From a virus, in the UHGV virus genome UHGV-1297543: 6,569 bases of DNA, one strand, 5' to 3'. A model generated the notes under the pieces. It saw only the letters and a list, made by a program, of their open reading frames with translations. It was not told where the DNA came from and made no database searches. Below are positions 1 to 6,239 of this stretch, piece after piece (the stretch's first letter is position 1; every line of letters begins with the position of its first letter). The translations under genes and the position numbers were made by a program.

Positions 1-36
1 TACTAGACTTTCGCGAATAGTTGGAGGTATACCCCT

Positions 37-1449
37 ATGTCTGTTATAAGGTTCAATAAAATTTTTCTATCGAGTTTTCTGTTGGTATTTGTTCTTTTAT
101 TTCCTTTGACTGCTTTTGCAATGGTCGCTACTCCTTCCGATGCTGTCAAGGTTCCGGTTGCCTCGTCAAATGAAGCAGAAATAATTCAATCGGATAATGT
201 TTCGGTTGCTACTTCAAGTAATGCATTCCCCTCTGAGGAATACATGGAAACAGACGACTTTGACATATTGGATGCTCCTGCTTTACTTTCTTCTGGAATT
301 GGTGATTTAGATAATACTATTGATTATTCCGGGGTCACATTTGTTTTAAATTATCATGATATGTCAGGAAAAGTTCATAGGCCGGAATACAAGTTGAATT
401 CTGATGGTTACTTTAGTGTTGCCCGTCCTGCTGATTGTGCTGATATTATGTGGATTGGCTTTAAGTTTAAAAAAGCGTCTCTTCCATCTTCTGGCAAGTA
501 TGCTATGCGTGTACGTTTTGGATGTAATACAGGAGTAACTTATCAAGATTATGGTTATGAACTGCAATTATATAGTGAATATACAAATGTTAAAGTTGAA
601 GGTGTATCGAGTACTCCTTACTTTGACCAATCATCCGGTGATTTATATTTTTCTCAGACCATTCAATTAAGTGGCAGTACATATGTTGTATTTGCTTATC
701 GTCCTACAAGTAGTCTGAATGATTTTTTTCCTTATGGTGGGTATTTGGATGTCAATTTTGAACGGCTTTCTTCTTCTGCTAACGTCAATGTTACCACTCC
801 TGGCGCTGGTGATGTTTCTTCCTCAGATATCCAGCAGGACATATCTTCCAACACGGCCCAGCAGGTGGAACAAGGCGACACAATAATTGAGCTTATCAAG
901 AACACAATACAGACTATCTCCTCTCAGCTTACATCCTTCTGGAATCAGCTTGCTGGTGAGTTTACCAACCTTTATAACAAAATGAACCAGCAACACCAGG
1001 AAAGCATAGATAAAGTGGATGAGCAAATAGATAATGATAACTCCAATACAGATAAGGTTACTACTGCTATTGAGTCCCATGGAAATTTTATCATTGAGGG
1101 TTTGAAGAAACTTTTCATTCCCTCGGATGAATATTTTAAGGCTTATTTTGATGACCTCTATAGTTGGTTCAGTGAAAGGTTTGGGTTTCTCTCCTTCCCT
1201 ATTGATTTACTATTAGAGGTCATTGATATTTTTGTTAATTCATCCCAGACAGACTGTGTGTTGGTACTCCCCTCTTTCACTATCATGGAAAATCTGCTCT
1301 GGCCTGAGATGTCCTTTAATCTAACTGAATTTTTAAATACAAATTTTTCTTTTGTCGTTGTTGCGATTAAGACTGTAACAAGTATCTATTTGGTAATGGC
1401 ATTTGTGCAGTTATGTGAGGAAAAATGGAATGAGGTGATGATGAATTGA
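37..1449 (+). CDS. Large secreted, membrane-anchored virion protein; putative pIII-like adsorption/minor coat protein
   Basis: 470-aa ORF. GGAGG (24-28) sits 8 nt before the ATG. N-terminal signal peptide (MSVIRFNKIFLSSFLLVFVLLFPLTAFA, AxA cleavage). Ser/Thr/Gly-rich and Q-rich linker segments. C-terminal hydrophobic anchor (FSFVVVAIKTVTSIYLVMAFVQL). Its stop overlaps the start of a small hydrophobic ORF, matching the gIII then gVI order of Ff phages. The function is inferred from architecture only. Confidence 0.45.
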   Translation: MSVIRFNKIFLSSFLLVFVLLFPLTAFAMVATPSDAVKVPVASSNEAEIIQSDNVSVATSSNAFPSEEYMETDDFDILDAPALLSSGIGDLDNTIDYSGVTFVLNYHDMSGKVHRPEYKLNSDGYFSVARPADCADIMWIGFKFKKASLPSSGKYAMRVRFGCNTGVTYQDYGYELQLYSEYTNVKVEGVSSTPYFDQSSGDLYFSQTIQLSGSTYVVFAYRPTSSLNDFFPYGGYLDVNFERLSSSANVNVTTPGAGDVSSSDIQQDISSNTAQQVEQGDTIIELIKNTIQTISSQLTSFWNQLAGEFTNLYNKMNQQHQESIDKVDEQIDNDNSNTDKVTTAIESHGNFIIEGLKKLFIPSDEYFKAYFDDLYSWFSERFGFLSFPIDLLLEVIDIFVNSSQTDCVLVLPSFTIMENLLWPEMSFNLTEFLNTNFSFVVVAIKTVTSIYLVMAFVQLCEEKWNEVMMN

Positions 1450-1718
1450 TTTTGGAAAGTGTGTTTAACCTCTTTTCTTCTGCCTTGAAACTGATATTTG
1501 GATGGATTAATCTTCCAGAGTTGCCGGCAGAGATACAAACGGTAGTGGATTCACTCTTTCAATACATGCGTGCTGGTCTTGGATTTGTATTCTTGTTCTT
1601 TAACATGGATTTGGTTAAAATTATGTTGCCGTTCGTGATTGTGGTGGCGAATTTTGAGAAGGTTTATAAGATTGTTATGTATGTGTTGCGTAAGATTCCT
1701 TTCCTGGGTATTGAGTGA
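1446..1718 (+). CDS. Small hydrophobic membrane protein; putative pVI-like minor coat protein
   Basis: 90 aa, starting at TTG (1446) or at a nearby GTG; its start overlaps the stop of the upstream ORF. A GAGGTGA motif lies upstream. Largely hydrophobic (GLGFVFLFFNMDLVKIMLPFVIVVANF). Its position right after the pIII-like gene matches inovirus gVI. The start codon is uncertain. Confidence 0.4.
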   Translation: MILESVFNLFSSALKLIFGWINLPELPAEIQTVVDSLFQYMRAGLGFVFLFFNMDLVKIMLPFVIVVANFEKVYKIVMYVLRKIPFLGIE

Positions 1719-1727
1719 ATGGTTGGC

Positions 1728-1769
1728 ATGGCTGCCGGAACCGCACCAGCGGTGCGGTCCGGTAGCCAT
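1728..1769. other. GC-rich stem-loop in the Rep-upstream intergenic region; candidate origin or packaging hairpin
   Basis: ATGGCTG-CCGGAACCGCACC-AGC-GGTGCGGTCCGG-TAGCCAT gives a ~19-bp stem with one bulged A, one G.T pair and an AGC loop. No T-run follows on the + strand, so it is unlikely to be a simple terminator. TTGACA (1773-1778) lies just downstream. Confidence 0.5.
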
Positions 1770-1821
1770 TACTTGACAGTATAAACACTTAACACTCATT
1801 TTAATAAAAACAGGGGGAAAT

Positions 1822-2649
1822 ATGGAACCGTATAATGTCAAGATAATCACTTATCCTGACCTTACAAAACAGTATCGTATTTATCATAATACGATTGGTA
1901 CGGATGATTTAAGTATTCCTGTACGGCCTCATAAGAAGGGGGAACGGAATCCATTTGACGGTAAGGTTTGTAAGGAAATATTGGTTGATATAAAGGATTA
2001 TAAAAATCATGTGGATGATGTAAGTATAAAAAGAACAAAGAAAAAGGTCTATGATTATGCCAAATCAAATGAATGGGAATGGTTTGTCACTTTTACTTTC
2101 AGTCCTGATAAAGTGAATCGTTATGATTATGATGAATGTACAAAGTATCTTAGTAAATGGTTTAATAATCTAAAACGTTCCTCTCCTGCTCTCTCCTATC
2201 TGGTTGTTCCTGAACAACATAAGGATGGCGCATATCATTTTCATGGATTATTTAGTGGGATGAATGAACGTCAGATAGTATGGACTGGTAAGTATGTTAT
2301 AAAGCGTGTCCGTGGGCTTAGAAGTAAGTTTGTTCGTACGAAAGAAAAGATATATAAGATAGGCAGTTATAAGTTGGGTTGGATGACGGCTACAAGGGTT
2401 CGTGAGATGGAAAAGGTCACGTCCTACATAACAAAGTACATCACGAAAGATATGTTGAACGGTCTGCATGGTAGAAAACGTTATTGGTGTTCCAGGAATT
2501 TGGTTTTGCCTTTGGAAGAGGTTTTTATCCTGGATGCCACAGACCGGTTCATTCTGTCCCAGGAACTGGATGACAGTTCAAGGTTCAAGAAGGTTTCGCA
2601 AGTGTGTTATGGGGACATGACCCAATCAGTTAATATATATGAGGTTTGA
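1822..2649 (+). CDS. Rolling-circle replication initiation protein (superfamily I Rep, phiX174 gpA / phage CRI-like)
   Basis: 275 aa with a GGGGGA RBS. Motif I is WFVTFTF, motif II is YHFHGLF (HUH), and motif III is TSYITKYITKD (YxxKYxxK, two catalytic tyrosines; compare phiX174 A YVAKYVNKK). Confidence 0.85.
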   Translation: MEPYNVKIITYPDLTKQYRIYHNTIGTDDLSIPVRPHKKGERNPFDGKVCKEILVDIKDYKNHVDDVSIKRTKKKVYDYAKSNEWEWFVTFTFSPDKVNRYDYDECTKYLSKWFNNLKRSSPALSYLVVPEQHKDGAYHFHGLFSGMNERQIVWTGKYVIKRVRGLRSKFVRTKEKIYKIGSYKLGWMTATRVREMEKVTSYITKYITKDMLNGLHGRKRYWCSRNLVLPLEEVFILDATDRFILSQELDDSSRFKKVSQVCYGDMTQSVNIYEV

Positions 2650-2695
2650 TATCAGTGTAGCTTATAAGTTGATGAATGTCAAGGTGTTTAAGGAA

Positions 2696-2760
2696 TGTAA
2701 CACATGTATCTTCCGGAGCCGGGCTGGCCGGGGAATTTCCTGCAGCAAAAATGTGTTACA
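2696..2760. repeat. Palindrome-flanked ~65-bp element, copy 1: TGTAACACAT, 45-bp GC-rich core, ATGTGTTACA
   Basis: A perfect 10-bp inverted repeat (2696-2705 and 2751-2760) encloses a CCGG/GGCC-rich core (ccggagccgggctggccgggg) that also contains GGAATTTCC and CCTGCAG. It ends 23 nt before the ATG at 2784. It is an inverted copy of the element at 6240-6304. Confidence 0.7.
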
Positions 2761-2783
2761 ATGAAATGAAAGGTGATGTGATT

Positions 2784-3122
2784 ATGAAAAGTGCTAAGAA
2801 TAATATACGTTCATTTAGGTATTCAGACAGAGTGGCGGAGATTCTGGAAGCAATGGAAGGTGATAGTTTGAACGCAAAGTTTGAGAATCTGGTACTCTTT
2901 TGTTATGACAGACTGCCAGAGGTAAAGTCTAAGTATGAATCCTATAAAAAGATGGCTGATAGGGAATGGAATGAGTTTATGGAACTGTCTGATTTGCGTG
3001 ATTCTATCAAGAGAGATTTAAACAACATTGATTCCCGTCTCCGGTCATTGGATGACCTTATGTCATATGTAGAGAGAAAGTGTAACATAATTGTTGATAA
3101 AAGAAAAGAGGGGAATCAATGA
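2784..3122 (+). CDS. Hypothetical charged, helical small protein (possible regulator)
   Basis: 112 aa if started at ATG 2784, which has an AAAGGTGA RBS. The ORF-track start at 2676 would run through the repeat element and lacks an RBS. A short N-terminal beta-strand then helix pattern (IRSFRYSDRVAEILEAM) is weakly RHH-like. The C-terminal half looks coiled-coil. No motif was recognised. Confidence 0.5.
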   Translation: MKSAKNNIRSFRYSDRVAEILEAMEGDSLNAKFENLVLFCYDRLPEVKSKYESYKKMADREWNEFMELSDLRDSIKRDLNNIDSRLRSLDDLMSYVERKCNIIVDKRKEGNQ

Positions 3123-3224
3123 TAAATAAAATATGGTTATGGCTTAACTCTCCCTGTCAACGGCAATATACGCATATTGAATTAGCCTTGCTTTGTATAC
3201 AGGTGTTGGCTTTTACGAATGCTA

Positions 3225-3305
3225 TCATTTTTTCTTTATTATGATTCCGATAATAGTTGCGATAATAAAGATGGCAATCCAAAAGTTTGGTGATTCAATA
3301 TTCAT
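3225..3305 (-). CDS. 26-aa hydrophobic peptide (MNIESPNFWIAIFIIATIIGIIIKKK); type I toxin-like or small membrane protein
   Basis: On the minus strand, AAGGAG sits ~6 nt upstream of the ATG (complement of 3303-3305). A single TM helix is followed by a KKK tail. It lies directly downstream of the RHH gene, after the hairpin. A longer 68-aa version (3225..3431) would overlap the RHH 3' end and lacks an RBS, so the short form is preferred. Confidence 0.35.
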   Translation of the reverse strand: MNIESPNFWIAIFIIATIIGIIIKKK

Positions 3306-3321
3306 GGTATTCTCCTTCCAG

Positions 3322-3349
3322 CGGAGCAGCGCGTACTGCTCCGTTTTTT
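3322..3349 (+). terminator. Intrinsic terminator closing the Rep-ORF2784 transcription unit
   Basis: An 8-bp GC-rich stem CGGAGCAG / CTGCTCCG with a 6-nt loop is followed by TTTTTT (3344-3349) on the + strand. It lies between the 3' ends of convergent genes. Confidence 0.5.
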
Positions 3350-3360
3350 CATGAGTTTCT

Positions 3361-3567
3361 TTAACCAGTCTTTGAGATAGATGACTTTTCCAGTTTACTC
3401 TTCTGCTTTGCCCGGGAATGTTGGGCTTCATAATTTTTAATATAATTATCTAATATGTGATGAATTTGTTCATTTGTACTTCTATGTTCTTCTTCTGCAA
3501 TCTCTTTTAATTTATCAATGGTTTCCTGTGGTAATCTGACAGTTAGTCTTGGTAAATTTGATGGCAT
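3361..3567 (-). CDS. Ribbon-helix-helix (Arc/CopG/MetJ-type) transcriptional repressor
   Basis: 68 aa with an AGAGGA RBS on the minus strand. Beta-strand RLTVRLP, then helix A (QETIDKLKEIAEEE), then helix B (STNEQIHHILDNYIKNY): the canonical RHH pattern. It is transcribed divergently from the structural genes, next to palindromic operators. Confidence 0.75.
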   Translation of the reverse strand: MPSNLPRLTVRLPQETIDKLKEIAEEEHRSTNEQIHHILDNYIKNYEAQHSRAKQKSKLEKSSISKTG

Positions 3568-3586
3568 AAAATTCCTCTTTCTTTTA

Positions 3587-3647
3587 TTGACAAAGTGACG
3601 TCACCTGTGATAGACTAAGTAACAAGAGGTGACGTCACTTTGTCACC
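3587..3647. promoter_or_regulatory. Divergent promoter/operator region with two perfect GTGACGTCAC palindromes
   Basis: GTGACGTCAC occurs at 3596-3605 and 3629-3638, centres 33 bp apart. These sit inside a longer 19-bp inverted repeat, TTGACAAAGTGACGTCACC / GGTGACGTCACTTTGTCAC (18 of 19 matching). A + strand TTGACA (3587-3592), N18, TAGACT (3611-3616) promoter-like pair overlaps the left palindrome. The region lies between the RHH start (3567) and the rightward gene block. Confidence 0.6.
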
Positions 3648-3942
3648 CATGATAGTGTGGTTGTTGTAGGTGCATTGGTAACCTTCCGAAAATCTGAGTC
3701 ATTCCGAATAGGTGTAGGGGTACAACTATTTTACCATGATTTCAGATTTTTGTACATACTGGCTGAGGAAACAGCTATCCGTGTAAGTCGGTATATCTGT
3801 TCGGTGTTTAAGAAGTCTCCGGCCGTGCCATATCAGCGGTAAAGTGGTATGGATGTTCTGGACACAATTCCAGAGGGGAGATATTTTCCTGTATCTCCTG
3901 TTAGATATTTGAATACTGGTTGAATGGTTAAGGAGGTATGTT

Positions 3943-4176
3943 ATGAAAGTACAGGGTGAATTTAAATTTTTAGGTGTTGAAAAAAGGCAGGGCTTCAAGG
4001 ACCCGTCCCAGACATTTTATGTCGCTGGCTTTGCTCAGGGATTGGATTCTCTTCGCTGCTATGTGGATGCGGAGGCATATGGCAGGTATTCCGGTATTGA
4101 ACCTTATTCCGATGTAATGGCGGAATTAGAATATAACCCGGTATCGGGTAAGGTTGCACTTGTGGGCATTAACTAG
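3943..4176 (+). CDS. Putative ssDNA-binding protein (gV-like)
   Basis: 77 aa with a strong AAGGAGG RBS. It sits immediately upstream of the major coat gene, as in Ff. LRCYVDAEAYGRY resembles the M13 gVp segment QLCYVDLGNEYP. The size fits gVp-family proteins (~80-120 aa). Similarity was judged by eye only. Confidence 0.45.
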   Translation: MKVQGEFKFLGVEKRQGFKDPSQTFYVAGFAQGLDSLRCYVDAEAYGRYSGIEPYSDVMAELEYNPVSGKVALVGIN

Positions 4177-4191
4177 AAAGGAGGATTTAAG

Positions 4192-4482
4192 GTGAAGTTG
4201 TATCAGTCTTTGAAAAAGTATGGCACTCTCCCGGTCGCTACTGGTCTTATGGCAGTTTCATCTTTTCCGGCTTTGGCATCCGAAGCTGGGGCCACTGTCA
4301 CATCCACGGACTGGGCGCCTATCATTTCAGCTATGACGGGTCAGATATCCGTGTCGACGGTAGTGGGTGTGATTGCTACAGCTATCGGTGCCGGCATCGG
4401 CCTGGTGTTCATGTGGTGGGGCGGTCGCAAGGCAGTCCGTACACTTATGTCAGCATTCCGTAAAGGTAAGGTGTCCATGTAG
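4192..4482 (+). CDS. Major coat protein precursor (gVIII-like)
   Basis: GTG start with an AAAGGAGG RBS 7 nt upstream. Signal peptide ending ALA. The mature ~67-aa protein has an acidic N-terminus (SEAGATVTSTD), a hydrophobic Gly/Ala/Ile core (VVGVIATAIGAGIGLVFMWW) and a basic C-terminus (RKAVRTLMSAFRKGK). This is the inovirus coat architecture. Confidence 0.75.
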   Translation: MKLYQSLKKYGTLPVATGLMAVSSFPALASEAGATVTSTDWAPIISAMTGQISVSTVVGVIATAIGAGIGLVFMWWGGRKAVRTLMSAFRKGKVSM

Positions 4483-4491
4483 CTCAGGGTT

Positions 4492-4520
4492 GGGGGTGGC
4501 GGTTGCCACTCCCTTTTTTT
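4492..4520 (+). terminator. Rho-independent terminator immediately after the coat gene
   Basis: GGGGGTGGC-GGTT-GCCACTCCC forms a ~9-bp stem with a 4-nt loop, followed by TTTTTTTATTT. It lies 10 nt after the coat gene stop and 15 nt before the pI-like start. This mirrors the central terminator after gVIII in Ff. Confidence 0.7.
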
Positions 4521-4534
4521 ATTTGGAGGTTGTC

Positions 4535-5203
4535 ATGTCTTTTAAATGGTATATGGGTTCCCTGGACATTGGGAATGTGTTTAAGGTCTGGAAGTATAAC
4601 AAGGAATTCCGTAAACAGCATCCTGAGTATTTTGACCCGGATGGGATTATCGTGTTCTGTGGGATGCAGGGTGCTGGTAAGACAATCAGTGCTGTCCAGT
4701 ATGTACAGAAACTTTGTGAACTGTATCCCCAGGTAAAGGTGTGCAGCAATATGGATTTGCGCCTCCCGGATGGCATTGAAGTATATCCCTGGGACGGTGT
4801 CCATTGCTTCACAGATATTAATAATGGTTATGCTGGTGTGATTTATCTGATTGATGAGATACATCTGGAATTCAATTCCCTGGAATCGAAAAAGATGGAC
4901 AGCAATATTTTTACGGTCGTCTCCCAGCAGCGTAAACAGCGGAAACATATTGTTGGTACATCCCAGGTATTCAGCCGAATTGCGAAACCTTTCCGGGAGC
5001 AGTTTCGCTATGCGGTCGCCTGTCGCACGGTGCTGCGGTGCATTCAAGTCAATGCGTTGATTGACGCGAAAAATGCCCGGGAGGTTGACGGCGAGGTCGT
5101 TGCCAGCAGTATCAAGCGGTTTTTTTGGTTCCACTCTCCTGCGCTTTATGATAGTTATGATACATATGCGGTGATGAATCGGTATCGCCAGGATTGGGGG
5201 TGA
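4535..5203 (+). CDS. Zot/pI-like P-loop NTPase (filamentous phage assembly protein)
   Basis: 222 aa starting at ATG 4535, with GGAGG 5 nt upstream. The ORF-track N-terminal extension from 4373 overlaps the coat gene and terminator and is rejected. Walker A FCGMQGAGKT near the N-terminus. Walker B VIYLIDEIH. The size fits the Zot N-terminal NTPase domain. Confidence 0.8.
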   Translation: MSFKWYMGSLDIGNVFKVWKYNKEFRKQHPEYFDPDGIIVFCGMQGAGKTISAVQYVQKLCELYPQVKVCSNMDLRLPDGIEVYPWDGVHCFTDINNGYAGVIYLIDEIHLEFNSLESKKMDSNIFTVVSQQRKQRKHIVGTSQVFSRIAKPFREQFRYAVACRTVLRCIQVNALIDAKNAREVDGEVVASSIKRFFWFHSPALYDSYDTYAVMNRYRQDWG

Positions 5204-5207
5204 TTGG

Positions 5208-5339
5208 ATGCAGGTTGCAATTGGATTATTTGCGGATGTGATTCGGGAAGCAATGCCCTATGCAATTGTGTTTGCTCTTGGCCAGCGGGTTGTTACATTG
5301 TTCCTTGGGATGGCCTTTAGAGGGGATGTACGCTTATGA
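5208..5339 (+). CDS. 43-aa hydrophobic protein (MQVAIGLFADVIREAMPYAIVFALGQRVVTLFLGMAFRGDVRL); possibly the detached TM module of pI
   Basis: Not in the ORF track because it is under 60 aa. ATG 5208 is 4 nt after the Zot stop, with GGGGGTGA upstream. Its stop TGA (5337-5339) overlaps the ATG (5336) of the next ORF as ATGA. One predicted TM helix. Confidence 0.35.
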   Translation: MQVAIGLFADVIREAMPYAIVFALGQRVVTLFLGMAFRGDVRL

Positions 5340-6148
5340 TGTGGAGGAGGATGTATTGTGTATTACTTTGTTTGGTTCTGTGTGCTTTATACTGTTTTCG
5401 GTCTTTTGCGGATGAGTATACGCTCACTGAGGAGGATTTTATGGCTCCTGAGGGATATCCTCAGGCTGAGACGAATGATGTAAATGGGTGGCTTTCCAGT
5501 GTTCCTGATGAGGATATGGACTTTGATCAGTACCAGCAGATAATGGAAATCTTGTATCCTGAGCTGGCGGAGGAGGATGAGGAAGATGAGGATGATATGG
5601 CTGATATTGAGGACGATGATGACATGGAAGATATTCCTGTTGCTTCTGGTTCTAATGCTCGCGTTGCTAGTGCTTCTAATGCTGGGCGCACAAAAAAGGC
5701 CCAGACGGTAGCGAATATTCTGACTGTGAATTCTCCTGTGGTCTATAGCTCGTATACGCCTTATGATTCGTCTATTTCCACCACAGTGATAACTTATATG
5801 TCGGATGTGCTTCCGAAGCTGGGAAACGTTCATTATGTGCTGTTCCGCCACGGACAGTATGCGTACCGTTTGGTTTATGCAAAGGATATGGTTTGTAATG
5901 GTACTACGTTCACGGCGGAGGATGCGCAATATATTGCCTATGATTCCCGGTATTATACTTGGTCAGCCGGTACGGAAGGTTCTTTTCGGCTCCAGGCGAA
6001 TAATTACATCGTATACAGTGACCTTGCGGAATATCCTATGCTCCAGAGTGAGGGAACATATTATTGGCTGATTATCTTCATTGCCGGGGTAGCATTCCTT
6101 TTTGTGATATACCGCTCTCTGTTCAGTCCTGGCCGTGTACGGATATGA
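5336..6148 (+). CDS. Secreted, C-terminally anchored protein with a poly-acidic tract; putative virion or assembly protein
   Basis: 270 aa; alternative in-frame starts at 5339 and 5351. Signal peptide (CVLLCLVLCALYCFRSFA). Acidic low-complexity stretch EEDEEDEDDMADIEDDDDMEDI (nt ~5570-5640). Tyr/Ser/Thr-rich, probably beta-rich domain. C-terminal TM (WLIIFIAGVAFLFVIY) with a basic tail. Confidence 0.6.
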   Translation: MMWRRMYCVLLCLVLCALYCFRSFADEYTLTEEDFMAPEGYPQAETNDVNGWLSSVPDEDMDFDQYQQIMEILYPELAEEDEEDEDDMADIEDDDDMEDIPVASGSNARVASASNAGRTKKAQTVANILTVNSPVVYSSYTPYDSSISTTVITYMSDVLPKLGNVHYVLFRHGQYAYRLVYAKDMVCNGTTFTAEDAQYIAYDSRYYTWSAGTEGSFRLQANNYIVYSDLAEYPMLQSEGTYYWLIIFIAGVAFLFVIYRSLFSPGRVRI

Positions 6149-6239
6149 TGGGACATCTTCATTTCCTTGTCCGCTGACAGTGCCAGGGGATTTATGGGTG
6201 CGAATCGTAATCGTTTTGTATATCTTCGTTTTGGATTTA

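Noticed and set aside
364-1080. Minus-strand ORFs 364..567 and 823..1080 inside the pIII-like gene.
   Set aside because: They are antisense shadow ORFs within a longer, better-supported + strand ORF. No RBS is present, and the products are hydrophobic or low-complexity artefacts of A/T-rich antisense sequence.
1551-2469. Minus-strand ORFs 1551..1850, 1862..2068 and 2248..2469 overlapping the pVI-like and Rep genes.
   Set aside because: They are antisense to a Rep gene with clear motifs, lack RBSs, and their His/Tyr-rich odd compositions are typical of antisense frames.
2690-2766. Possibility that the TGTAACACAT / ATGTGTTACA arms are dif-like XerC/D sites or a LexA (Cheo) box.
   Set aside because: Only weak resemblance to dif XerD arms (TTATGTTAAAT) or to GAAC-N4-GTTC. 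There is no 6-bp central-region architecture. This is kept only as a hypothesis under the repeat finding.
3225-3431. 68-aa minus-strand ORF (MKPNIPG...) overlapping the RHH 3' end.
   Set aside because: It overlaps the RHH gene by 71 nt in another frame and has no RBS. The internal 26-aa version has a strong AAGGAG RBS and is reported instead.
3596-3638. GTGACGTCAC resembles the eukaryotic cAMP-response element (TGACGTCA).
   Set aside because: This is a coincidental palindrome in a bacterial or phage context. It is interpreted as an RHH operator half-site pair.
3657-3998. ORFs 3657..3842 (+) and 3726..3998 (-) in the long leader region.
   Set aside because: They have no RBS and composition unlike a real protein. 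The minus-strand one overlaps the strong SD and start of the gV-like gene. The region is treated as non-coding.
4373-4534. N-terminal 54-codon extension of the Zot-like ORF (track start at 4373).
   Set aside because: It overlaps the coat gene in another frame and runs through the terminator hairpin. A GGAGG then ATG at 4535 gives a sensible start with Walker A near the N-terminus.
4484-5134. Overlapping ORFs inside the Zot gene: 4484..5134 (-), 4519..4812 (-), 4503..4736 (+) and 4851..5060 (+).
   Set aside because: All are nested in or antisense to the Zot-like ORF, which has Walker A and B motifs. None has an RBS.
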